Made by a program: the position numbers and the translations under genes. From Malacoraja senta (lineage: Eukaryota): DNA of 64,000 nt. This document shows positions 39,419 to 50,949 of this stretch, piece after piece (the stretch's first letter is position 1; the number at the start of each line of letters is the position of its first letter). The notes beneath the pieces were generated by a model that was not told where the DNA came from, did no database searches, and worked only from the letters and a program-made list of their open reading frames with translations. Location of the stretch: assembly GCA_038087875.1 (NCBI GenBank), contig CM075996.1, positions 3,350,001 to 3,414,000 on the forward strand, given 5' to 3'.

Positions 39419-40149
39419 ACAGGGAAATGCAGCAAAAGGTTAAATTGCTCTTGCATCCTCTTGGTAGCCATACATATTTGCAACACATCCCCCCAATTGC
39501 GATGTGAGCTGTAAATCTTTTGCATCTGTCTACTGTGATGAATATTTATAACTAGGGGACTGAGCTATATTGGATGTCAGTTTATTATTGTCATGTGTAC
39601 CATGATATAGTGAAAAACGGTATGCTATCTGGTCAAATCATACTATACATGAGTAAAATCAAGCAATATACAAGTCCATACGATAGTGCAAAGATAAAAA
39701 TACCAGAATGCAAATTAAAGTGGTACAGCATTACTGCCGTAGAGAAAGTGCAGAGAGAAGAGACGCAATGAGGTAGGTTGGAAAATTGGGACTTTAACCT
39801 AGCTTATGAGAGGATTATTCAGTAGTCTGAGTACCGTGCGAAAGAGATGTTATCAGATTCTGATGTTAAGTGCTTTCAAACTTTTGTGCCTTCCACCTCA
39901 CAGGGGAGGGGACATGGAGGAATAACTGGGATGTAAATGGTCCTTGGCTACTTTCTGATAACATGGAAGGAAAGCTTGTTGCCTTAACCTTGACATCAGT
40001 GATCTCCCCCCTATTACAATCAGACTGAAGAAGAATTCCATTCCCAAAATGTCATATATCCTCCACAGATGTTGATGACCCTCTGAGCAACTCCAGCACT
40101 TTGTGGTCCATACAAGATTCCAGCATCTGTAGTTCTCCATTACTTCACA

Positions 40150-41990
40150 AAGGACATATATTGTCACATACATCAATTGGTGCAGTGAAATTTGAGTTAC
40201 CATGCAGTAGGTATGTTACAATACTTACCTTCAGCGGCGCTGCAATTCTGCCACTGGCCGTGTGCGCGAGTTTGGCGCCTTTGAGGGGGGGGGGGGGGGT
40301 TAAAACGCGGGTTTCTCCTACCTTGTCCTGGATTATATTTCGTTGGAGTGCAACCTTTTGCTGAAGAATCGTTCCGACGGGCGTTCTGTGTATTTTGTTT
40401 TAAAAATCCCCCGACAATTTCACCGCTGGAGTTATTTTAAAACAGCTTCTAAAGCCGTCAACGCCGACAACGGGGACGGATTTCACGCACGGGACAGGTA
40501 AACGAAAGCCGTTTATTTTATGTATAAAAGTGCTCCTTAAGATGCCTTTAATTCACATTTTAAGTTGCGAAACGGTGATTTTTCCCCCCCGAACGAACCG
40601 GCAGTATTTTTCATGCCGATACGGGTTTAAATTCACCGCAAATGCAACGTTCCAATCGATCGCGTTCCAGAAAAACCCACTCGCAACATGATTTAAATGG
40701 CCATTATTAAACATTAAATTCCTTCCATTTGGCCTATAAATCCATGAGATTTAAAAATTATGTTATATTGTGAATTCTTGTGTGAATGTTATTTGGACAC
40801 TTAGGCTTTTTAAAAATGTTAATCTATTCTTAAGAAATTGATAGATGTTTAGATCTAGTAATTGAATTTTGTAATTAGCTACAATTAGGTAACTAACTAA
40901 TTATATGCTTTAATTTCATGTCGTCTAAGTAAGATTGTTTCATATTTGTTTCAGAATGCTTCAATCTATAATAACTGAAAATTTCTTTCAGTTCTCTTAA
41001 TTTTTAAGAAAGTTATGGGATTTTGGCTGTCCTCGATCACAGCACCACAGTCGATGAAAAAGCAATAGGGAACAAGATGCTAATTTCCGAGTATGAAAAT
41101 GGCCATAACTTTTTTAATACTGAAGATATGAAAGTGAATTAGGTGTCAAATTAAACTTCTTTTTATGCTTTATCTGATGGGATAAATTAGACTTGATTTT
41201 TAAAATCTCAAAATTTTGTAACATTGCTACATGCAGCACACAAATAAGATAAGCACAACACTATAGAATTTAACAGAAAACAGAAAAATATCCCCCCTCA
41301 GCGGAATCAACGTTTCCCACTGTGAGGGAAGGCAACAAAGTTCAGTCCTCTTCCTCTTGTTCACCCGTGGTCGGGGCCTTTAAGGCCTCCGCATTTGCTG
41401 CAGCGGCGGCCCGATGTTTCAGGCCCTATTTCCGGGATGATGAAACTACGACGTCGGAACGGAAAACACGCTCAGCGGCTTGGAGTTTCCGAACGGCCAC
41501 TTCCTACCCGAGACCGCGGATTCCGAAGTCAACAGGCCGAGCTGGGCGGAGCTCCAACACTGGGGATCCTCAGCTAAAGATCCCAGGCCGCCGCGATGTT
41601 AAAGTCAGCGCCACAAACCACAGCTCCACGATATTCAAGTCGGCAGTCCCAACACTCCGGAGCTCCAACAAGGCGATCCTGGTAAGGCAACGCCCGCTCC
41701 GCGATGGCACTTCAGTGCTGCGTTGCTGCTGAAGCTCTGGCTCCGGCAGGAAAGGCCGCGCCAATCGTTGGTAGGCCGCGAGGAGGGGGCAGAGATGCGA
41801 CTCGGAGAAAAGACGCATCATCGACCAAGTAGTGACTGAGAAAAAAATGGTTTCCACCTCCCCCCACATAAAAAAGACTAAAAGACCTCCAAACCAAAAC
41901 TTTTAGACAAACTAAAAATAGCAAAAAGGATGAAAGGACAGACAGCAGCTGGCGAGGCTGCCACACTCGATGGCGCCACCACTCGACATC
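40150..41990 (-). mobile_element. GC-rich non-autonomous retroposon interrupted by the 40207-41230 transposon
   Basis: Same head, T tract and G run architecture on the minus strand; tail aaatttcactgcaccaattg...tgtgacaat resembles the tail at 23085-23220. Confidence 0.6.
40207..41230. mobile_element. Non-autonomous TIR DNA transposon, superfamily undetermined, nested in a retroposon tail
   Basis: Imperfect TIR gtaggtatgttacaa / ttgtaacattgctac; ATGCA duplicated at 40202-40206 and 41231-41235. Confidence 0.7.
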
Positions 41991-42540
41991 ATAGAGTTGA
42001 AAATATATCGGTGATCCTTCATCAAGTCCTGGAATTTCCTATCCAAAGGCACTGTGGGAGTATCTTCACCTGAAGTATTGCTGCGGTTCAAGGCAGTGGC
42101 TCATCAACTCCTCAAGGTCAATAAATGGTCTTGCCAGTGATGCCCAGATTTGAAAAAATGAATTTAAAAATTGCTCTTTCAAAAAGTTAATGGACATACA
42201 GCCATAAAATCAATAATTAGATTTCTAAGTAATAGGACAAAGGTACACCATTTAATTTTCACTTGAACATTTGTGTTTTCAACTATTTATACTGCAAGTG
42301 AACCTGTTTTTATGTGGAACCCAGAACCCAATTCCCTAACGTTGCTCCTTACAGCTAATATGAGATAGTGCTGTCTTTGAGGGAGTTCATAAATACTGGG
42401 GTATCCACAGCAACCATTTCAAAAGATTACCATGCCGAGAAACAAGGCATTAAGGAATAGTGCCTCTAGTCATCTTTACTTGATTTTCCAAATTACTTCC
42501 ACATTTTATGCTGGAAGTGGCCATAGCTGCTCGTACTTAC

Positions 42541-42678
42541 CTGTAAGCCACTGATTAAAGATTCATGCCTTGTGTTGCATTCTATCTTTTCTACTCTGTT
42601 TTTCAGCTCCGCCAGTTTCTTGTCGAAAACACCACTTTGTATGGAGCTTATCCGCTCTTCAATAATTTGCTGAACGAT
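42541..42678 (-). CDS. ATF7IP: ATF7IP coding exon, coiled-coil SETDB1-binding domain (IVQQIIEERISSIQSGVFDKKLAELKNRVEKIECNTRHESLISGLQ)
   Basis: Hand translation matches human VFDKTLAELKTRVEKIECNKRH; ttttgcacag| and CAG|gtaagt; 138 nt, phase 0 to 0. Confidence 0.95.
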
Positions 42679-42887
42679 CTGTGCAAAAATAAGAAAAAAA
42701 AGATTTGCTTACCATTAATAAAAATAATGCTCCCATTCCCATTAATCAGCTTCAACTGGAAAATTTAGGTCAGTGTTTAGTTGTAATTCACCATTGTGAT
42801 TTCTGAAAAAGAGCACAAATGGTGTCATGCTACATGTAGCATACTTTCTGATGTAGATTTTTGGATGGTTAATAACACAGAATTGAG

Positions 42888-42908
42888 GTGTGTGTGTGTG
42901 TGTGTGTA

Positions 42909-42961
<53 letters not shown>
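42888..42961. repeat. (TG)n microsatellite
   Basis: Visible imperfect TG run. Confidence 0.95.
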
Positions 42962-43289
42962 AGTAGTGGGGGTGCATGGACAAAGTGCAAATACAGTCTC
43001 AACACTGAATGGCTGAGCACCTTAAAAGGGTCACCTTCGCCTAGTTGATAAGAATGTGCATTTATTTTCCAGACCTGGTTCAGGAAATAACTGAATCCCT
43101 GGAATTGCGGATATCTAATATTAGAGATCTGCCAACCATGAATCTAAGTAGCAATATCAGATTGGAAAGGTCAAAAAAAGACCTGTAGAGAAAATGAGAT
43201 TCTAAGAAAATGAAAAGAAATGCACCCAGGAAGGCCGAGATGGAGTCTGTCCATTTTATTCCAATAATTAAAACGTGAAACTGCTATCA

Positions 43290-43770
43290 ATTGCCATTAA
43301 GCTGGAAAGAGTGCAGAGAAGATTTACAAGGATGTTACTAGAGAGGCTGACCTGTAGGGAGAGGTTAGGCAGACTAAGACTATATTCCTTGGAGTGCAGA
43401 ATGCTGAGGGATGTTGTTGTAGAGATGTATAAAATCATAAGGGGAATAGATACGGTGAATGCACAGCCTTTTACCCAGGGCAGAGAAATCAAAAACTAGA
43501 GGGTATAGATTTAAGGTGAGTGGGGCAAGATTTAATAAGAACCTGAGAGGCAATTTTATCACTCAGAAGGTGATATGGAATGAACTGTCAGAGGAGGTAG
43601 TTGTGATAAGTACTGTGACATCATTTAAAAGACACTAGGACAGGTACATGGGTTGGAAAGGTTTAGAAGTAGAAGGGCCAAACACAAGCAAATAGGACTA
43701 GCTTAAATGGGGCACCTTGTTTGACATGAATGAGTTAGAACAAAAGGCCTGTTTCCATGCTGTATGACTT
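43290..43770 (+). mobile_element. CR1-clade LINE 3' fragment
   Basis: KLERVQRRFTRML...LGRLRLYSLE...MYKIIRGID; 3' end ggcctgtttccatgctgtatgact. Confidence 0.85.
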
Positions 43771-43929
43771 AACTATTCTAAATCATAACAGGAAAGACTT
43801 TCATCTGTGCAAAAACAAAAATGGCAAATGCAGCAGAGGAAGTAGTGCAGACCAGACTATTACAGAAATTGGAGGTGACAACATTGGCTTCTGCATGAGA
43901 TCAAGCTGTTGAAGGAAGAACACGTCACT

Positions 43930-44510
43930 GAACACTTGCACGCTGTCCATCAATACCTGTAGTAAGGCTACATAGAAACTGGAGGAACAGGGCCTCATAT
44001 TCCACTCAGATAGTTTACAACCTAACAGTATGAATAGTGAATTCTCCAACTTCAAGTAATACCCCCCGCCTCGTTTCTTTCCTGTGTCATTGATCGCCAC
44101 CTCGGTGTGTGCCCATTCTTTTCCCACCATCTCCCACCCACTCTCGAGTTACTCTGCTTCTTCCCCTCCATCCTATACACTTCATCTATCTCCAAGTCCA
44201 CCACTTCCCTTTTTCTATCGCTCCCACCCTCGTCATTCCCATCCCACATCCCTCCCTCCGACTTTAAATTTTACTCCTCCTCCTGTCCTCGTCTTACCCA
44301 GCATCTTTTCTCTCCTTTTGACCACTGTCACTTATTCCAGCCATCTGCCAATCAAACTCCCCTCACCTATATGCACTGAGCACTTGACAGGCTTTGTCCT
44401 GCCCTCACCTCTTTTCCACCTTTTATCCCCATTCCAATTAGTCTAAAAGGTCCAGAAGAGTCTTTTCCCTCCCCAAATGCTGCCTGACTTACTGAGTTCC
44501 TCCAGCACTT
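43930..44510 (+). mobile_element. Old Penelope-like 3' fragment
   Basis: KLEEQGLIF...MNSEFSNFK resembles the C-terminus of the 9.2-9.7 kb element; followed by a pyrimidine-rich tract and a pLTR-like end. Confidence 0.65.
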
Positions 44511-44607
44511 CCTCCAAAGCAGTTCGTATTGAACAAAGACATGGTGTGAAGAATGAGCCATTGTTTGCCAATGGTGTGGTACAGATACAATAGTATTGGT
44601 CATATAC

Positions 44608-44753
44608 CTTCTCCAGTGTCTCGCGAATCTCGCCTCGAGCAGTGATCTTCACTTTTAAGGCTGCTTCATATTCATCTCCAGAATATCGACACCGCTTCGA
44701 TATACTACTGTCCATGTCTTCAGACTTGGACCTTTTTCGTGGCACTACTTCAT
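44608..44753 (-). CDS. ATF7IP: ATF7IP coding exon (RKRSKSEDMD...KVKITARGEIRETLEK), start of SETDB1-binding region
   Basis: Matches human RKRSKSEDMDNVQSKRRRY...KITAKGDINQKLQK; cattgcag| acceptor, AAG|gtatat donor; 146 nt, phase 1 to 0. Confidence 0.93.
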
Positions 44754-46075
44754 CTGCAATGACGGACAAGGAGTTTTCTATTTTAAATAACACCATTCAG
44801 TCTATCAAAATTAAATTTTATTTGTAAGCCATAAACAACACGTGGGCATTTTTCACAATCAGTGATCAGATAGTTATGGTCAATACGGTGAAGAATAAAA
44901 GGAGTATCACTCACAATATTACTCTTTTCCAGATCTGCGATTATGGTAAAATTGGTAGGAAAGGCTGGCAAGTCACACGACCAATCTGCAGAACTGTACA
45001 CTGCAAATATTGTCACTGTTCTACTTTTCTCTTCTGATTCTGCAACCAACTAATTTATTTTCTAATGTAAAAACCCACTTAATTTGCAGCTGTAACAACC
45101 CTCTAAGAATTCAGTGCAGCACTTTTTGGAAACAAATTCAGTTTACTCACTTCGTGATATTTTCTAATCATTGCCTCTTATCTCAGCACACATCCCTTCC
45201 ATTTCATGCGAGAGATCATTAATAGAAAACTTGTATTTCATGCAAGTACTTTCAGAAGTACGAGAACTTAAGCTCAAATCATTAGCAAGCTGATAGAGGG
45301 AAAATGATAGCTTCCCGAAAAGTTTATGTTAAGGAAGTCACAGATAAAAGCCATAGACGGGTGACACAAGATGCACTTGTGCTTCATCACTTAAGCAGCT
45401 TTTGCTTATGGTAATCATTAAATAAAGAGAACAGCAAATGGAAGTTTTGACCTTGTATGGCGAGGGATACTATGCAGAAACTAATTATGGCAGAAGGTAT
45501 TTATGGACAGGGTATCACTAAATATACGCCGGTTGCTAAGAGTTGTTCCATACAACAATACTGTCATGTCACACCCTAATGAGCACCAAAAAGAAAAAAA
45601 TAGTAATGTCCACCGTTTCACCACCATCCTGTCCCCATAGTTCCTACAGAAACATGGTGCTTTTAACAGAAAGCATTGACCAACTTTTGTTTTCTATTTG
45701 ACTATTCAGCACAAGCTCTGAAAAAAAATTGTCCACACAATATGAAGAGTCCACAATTGCCTAATACTGCCTAAAATCGCTGCAACTTTAATTTTAGCAA
45801 AAGGCAGATGTGGAGGAGTAGAATTAGTGCTACTGACTACAGCAACAATACTTATGACCAAATGGGAACTTTAATGAAAAGATTGTTTTGTACATGCTTC
45901 AAATGGGCTACAGTTACAGAGCACAGCAGCTGGACTATTGGCCAATGCACCACCTTACGTTATGATTAGGGATACTTTAATGAGGGAAAAATCTGGAAAA
46001 TGCAATATAATTGTAAAACCAAAGATATGATGTTATCTTCAATAATCAAATTCATTGAATTTAAAAAGCACTTAC

Positions 46076-46129
46076 TTGGTTCTTGCTGCTTTTGTCTCGT
46101 GTCAACTGCTTGCTCTTTGTGGACTATAT
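46076..46129 (-). CDS. ATF7IP: ATF7IP small coding exon (54 nt, DIVHKEQAVDTRQKQQEP)
   Basis: ttttgcttcgtag| acceptor, |gtaagt donor, phase 1 to 1, open frame; lies between flanking exons. Weak protein homology. Confidence 0.7.
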
Positions 46130-46601
46130 CTACGAAGCAAAATGTCAAAGCACCAAATGAGCCAGGGATTAATTATGTGCCACCAGCATTTAATTGAAAT
46201 ATTGCTGTTTTCACCCTCATGGTTCAAATTAGCCATTACTGGGAGTTTGGACGTTCTCCCTATAAACTGCGTGGGTTTTCTCCAGATGCACCCACATTCC
46301 AATAACAAACTCAAATGGTCTGAAACTCACTTTGTTGGCCCATATACCATCAATTAATATCAGAACAAAATAGCCTTCAACTTTAATTTTACTTCGGAGT
46401 CACGTGAGTGACTACGTGAAGAACCCGTCCAGACCATACACGCGTCATATCGTCAGACGCATAGCGTTGCGACCGTGTGTGGAGGAGCAAAGCTCCTCCA
46501 AGCGGTGAGTAAAGTAAAAGTCGGAAGGTAAGTGCTTTCACTTTCGCTTCCAGGTTCGCCTTTCTCGTCAGACTTGTTGGTGGAGCTCCACGCAAGTTAT
46601 T

Positions 46602-48000
46602 ATGGAGAGAGGGCGTAGAGGAAGAAGACGTACCGCAGGTAAACCCCAAGTATCTGAGGGTAGCGGGCGTCAGTTAGAGGAGTCAGTGGCAGCGAGGCCA
46701 TCAACTCCTGTTGCGGTCGAAAGTGCCGTTGTAACGCCGGTGGGGCGCAAGGCCGGGCAAAAGTCCGTACGACCAGCAGACTCCGATGAGTCAGACCCGG
46801 AGATAAACCCTCCTCAGTCAGAGGTTATGGCTGCTAGGGTCGCTAGTTTAGAGTTCCTTATGGGGAAGATGATCTATCAAGAACCCCCTCAGGAGGAATT
46901 TAGTCCGCGTTGGCCTATGAGAGAGACAGCGCAGGGAGTGCCTTGGATGGGACAGGCACAGCGTTGGCCTACAGGAGAGCTATCAGAAATGTCTGCGCAA
47001 AGACAGTATATGTGTTGGCCTACAGGAGAGCCAGTGCCAGAAATGCCTGAACAAAGGCAGTATAAGCTTTGGTCTAGAGAAGTGCCAGCGCCAACAATGT
47101 CAGAAGAAAGACAGTTTAGGCGTTGGCCTAGAGGTGAGCCAGCGCCAGCAGCACCTGAAATAGGGCTGCCTATCCATGAGCCCGCGCAGGGGGAATCTGG
47201 TAAAGAATTTACTATGCGAAGGCCTATGGAAGAGCCAGTGCTAGACTTACCTGAAACAGGGATGCCAGAAATTTCCCATCAGGAGGAGGAACATCAAGAT
47301 TCAGATGATGAATCATATGAGGACCAGAGCCCGATAACAGAGATTAAAATACCAGGGCTGGCACAAAAGTTTGCTGTTCCCAGATTAACAGGGGAACCTT
47401 TGGGAGATGAAATAGCAATGACTATAAATTACCTGCTCTCCCATCAGCTCCAGGAATTAACTATGGATGAGACTGTTAAAAAGTATGAAACCCCGGAGAA
47501 TTGTGCACTGTTAGCAGTCCCAGCGGTGAATAACGTAATATGGGCATTTTATTACGCTCACAAGAATTAAAATTACGAGTGTTGAGATTGCTGGGGTCAG
47601 GCATTACGGCGTTTGCCAGAGGGTTGGATGAAGAGCATGTATCTGCTTCACAACAAGATGCCTTAGCACTTATGTGTAGTGCGCACTTTGAAATAAACTG
47701 TATTCGTAAGAATGCAATAAGACCTAATATTCATCCTAAGTTTGCAGGGCTCCGTAAACCATCCAATATACAACTGCCTAATCTGCTTTTTGGAGAGAAT
47801 CTAGCAAAAAGGATAAAAGACCTGAATGAAGAGGCAAAAACCGTGGGAATGATAAAACCACCGATGCTGAGCAGATCAATTCGAAGGCAGTATCCCTACA
47901 GACGGATGTCTGGTGCTGGAGAAGGAACAAGTCGATCGTTCCCATATACGCGTTGGCGTACTGCACCTGGGATGCGTGGGGGTTACAATGTGCCTACTAA
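46602..48000 (+). pseudogene. DIRS ORF1 (gag-like), frameshifted near 47550
   Basis: KYETPENCALLAVPAVNNVIW, DALALM...EINCIRKNAIRP and LLFGENL are typical of DIRS ORF1; tandem RWP-x-GEP repeats. Confidence 0.8.
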
Positions 48001-48074
48001 GAGGGGTCAACATTTGCCGGCGGCAAACCCCGAGGTAGGTGGGTCTGGTCTGGTAAGAAACAGCAAATGTTTTA

Positions 48075-49965
48075 CACTCACAAGTGGGAGGAAGATTACA
48101 ATTCTTCCTAAAAGAATGGCAACTAATAACAAATGATTTGTTTATACTGTGCAGCATTGTGGGATTTAGAATTAAGTTCTATCCACATTTGGATCCTCCT
48201 ACTCAGCATATTTCAAGCCGGTCACGTATTTTCTCAAAAGAAGAGAATACGCAGATCCAGGCATAATCGAAAATATTGTGCAAAAAAGGTGTAATAGAAA
48301 AGTCAGTAGAACAACACCATCAGGTTGTGTCAAGTATTTTTCCTAGAACAAAAAAGGATGGTGGATGGTGGATGTAGAATTATTCTGGATCTGACAAGTC
48401 TTAACCCGTACAGTATAAACATTTAAAAATGGAAACATTTACAAACGCCATTCAGCTTGTCACAAGAAACTGCTATATGGCAAGTATAGATCTGCAAGAT
48501 GCATATTATTCTGTGGCAGTGCATGGTTATGATCAGAGATATCTAAAATTTAGATGGATGAGTCAGTTATGGCAGTTTAAAGCATTGCCTAATGGTCTGA
48601 CTTCAGCTCCAAGGTTATTTACAAAATTACTCAAACCAATTTTAGCTCTGTTAAGAGCTGAAGCCATGTATTAATGGCTTATTTGGATGATATTTTGATT
48701 GTGGGGGACACTTTGGTTACATCAAAGGCGTCAGTGTCAAAAGTCAAGTACATTTTCGAGAAAATGGGATTCATTATTCACCCACAAAAATCGAAACTAT
48801 TACCAAGCACAAAAATTGATTACCTGGGGTTTACAATTAACTCAGAACACATGGTAATCACTTTGCCAAAAGATAAAAGGCTGCAGTTAATTGAGGGTTG
48901 TATTAAGCTTGTTAAAGAGTACCAGCCCTCAACTAGACAAGTGGCAAGCTTGCTGGGCAAATTAATTGCTGCTTTTCCAGCTGTAAAATTTGGACCATTG
49001 CATTATCAGCATTTGCAGAGAGCTAAGGTAAACAAGCATTAAGGATTAATGCATGGCATTTTGATAGGCCCATGCAATTGACAATTGAGCCTATTATGGA
49101 ATTTAAATGGTGGATTAACAATGTCTCTAATACTTCCAGACAAATTCTGGTAGAAACACCTTCCGTTATTCTACAGACTGATGCAAGTGCTCTAGGATGG
49201 GGCGCAACTAATACTGTTTCCAGCTGTGGAGGTAGATGGAATGTGGAGGAAGTACCTTTGCTTGAAAATCAAGGTATAAATTACCTAGAGCTATTAGGAA
49301 CATTTTATGGGCTTAAAGCTTATTGTTCTAATATGGAAAAATTGCATGTTCAGGTATAGATTGACAATACTACAGCTGTAGCATATGTAAATCATATGGG
49401 TGGTATCAAGTCAGAATCTTGTGATAGATTGGCAAATATAATCTGGACCTGGTGTATTACCAGAAAGATTTGGCTGTCAGCAATCTACCTACCAGGTAGA
49501 TTCAACATAGTTGCAGACACAAGGTCACGTAAATTCGATGATAATACAGAATGGATGTTGCATCATGAAATATTTAATAAAATCGTGGCACAATTTGGAA
49601 TGCCAGAGATTGACTTGTTTGCATCAAGACTCAACCACCAATTGCCTAAGTATGTGTCATGGGAACCTGATTCTGGTGCAGTAGAGGTGGATGCTTTCTC
49701 GCTACATTGGGGTGGTATGTTTCTGTATGCATTTCCTCCGTTTTGTCTAGTTAATCGGTGTATACAGAAAATTAAACAGGACTCGGCCTCAGGGGTTTTG
49801 GTGGTGCCAGATTGGCCTACACAGCCATGGTACCCGCTGGTGTTAAAAATGATCAAAAAAAACCTTATGGTTATTCCAAAGCAGGTAAAACTGCTTGTAC
49901 ACCCTGTAACTGATGAACCACATCCTTTACATGATCGTATTGGTTTGTTGATTTGCAGATTCTAA
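48075..49965 (+). pseudogene. DIRS pol: reverse transcriptase, RNase H and DAM-methyltransferase-like domain (disrupted)
   Basis: GGRLQFFLKEW; IDLQDAYY; LPNGLTSAPRLFTK; AYLDD; TDASALGWGA...INYLEL; IDLFASRLN...YAFPPF; split over several ORFs by stops and frameshifts. Confidence 0.92.
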
Positions 49966-50949
49966 GAAGGCCATATCTTGAAAGAGGATTATCAGAGCGT
50001 ACGGTGGATGTTATGGCAGCAGCCTGGAGGAATAGTACCCAGAAGCAGTACATTTCTTATATAAGGAAATGGGAGGTGTTTTGTTCACAAAAGAATATTG
50101 CATATCACACTGCAGACATTTCAGATATGTTAGAGTTTCTTTCAACTCTTTATTTTGAATTAAATTTAAGCTATAGTGCAATCAATACTGCACGGAGTGC
50201 TCTCTCTCTGCATATTTATGCAGGTAATCAGAGCAAAATCCAATAGGATCACATCCTTGGGTCTGTAGGTTTATGAAGGGAATTTTCAACTCCAATCCTC
50301 CTAGACCCAGGTATACAGAAATCTGGAATGTAAAAGATGTACTGATGCTGCTGCGTCAATGGACGCCTATTGAAGCTCTGTCATTGGCCAAAATTACCAT
50401 GAAGTTAGTTATGCTCATGGCATTAGTTTCAGCACAGAGAGTGCAAACATTACAGAAGTTAAGAATAGACAGGATGAAAGTAGGGGCAGATGCCATTACA
50501 TTCGATGTCTATGATTTGCTTAAACAGAGTAGACCTGGGTTCACAGGATGTAAGTTGGTATTTTCAGCATATCCTACGGATCCACGTCTATGTGTAGTAG
50601 CATATTTAAGATGTTACATTGAAGCAACCAGAACCTTAAGAGGTGCAGAATCAGCATTTTTTATCAGCTATAAAAAAACTCATAAGAAGGTGCGACACAG
50701 ACTATTTCAAGATGGCTGAAACAGGTGTTGATTTATGCAGGTATTGATACTGATAAATTTAAATCTCATTCCACCAGGGCGGCAGCAACATCGGCGGCCA
50801 GGGATTCGGACGTTCCAATAGACCTTATCCTCGCGGCCGCAGGATGGGCAAGTGAACAGATGTTTCACAAATATTACCATAAGGAGATTAAAGATCCCGG
50901 GTTGTTTGGCGGTGCCGTGCTGGATTCAGTATTAAATCCCCCATTATGA
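49953..50949 (+). pseudogene. DIRS tyrosine recombinase (disrupted)
   Basis: YSAINTARSAL; LVSAQRVQTL (Arg); HSTRAAATS (H-x-x-R); AAGWASEQMFHKYY (Trp, Tyr); split over three ORFs. Confidence 0.9.

Noticed and set aside
44783..45049. ORF MVAESEEKSRTV... as an ATF7IP exon
   Set aside because: Possible acceptor but no convincing donor or homology; the 46076-46129 exon fits better.
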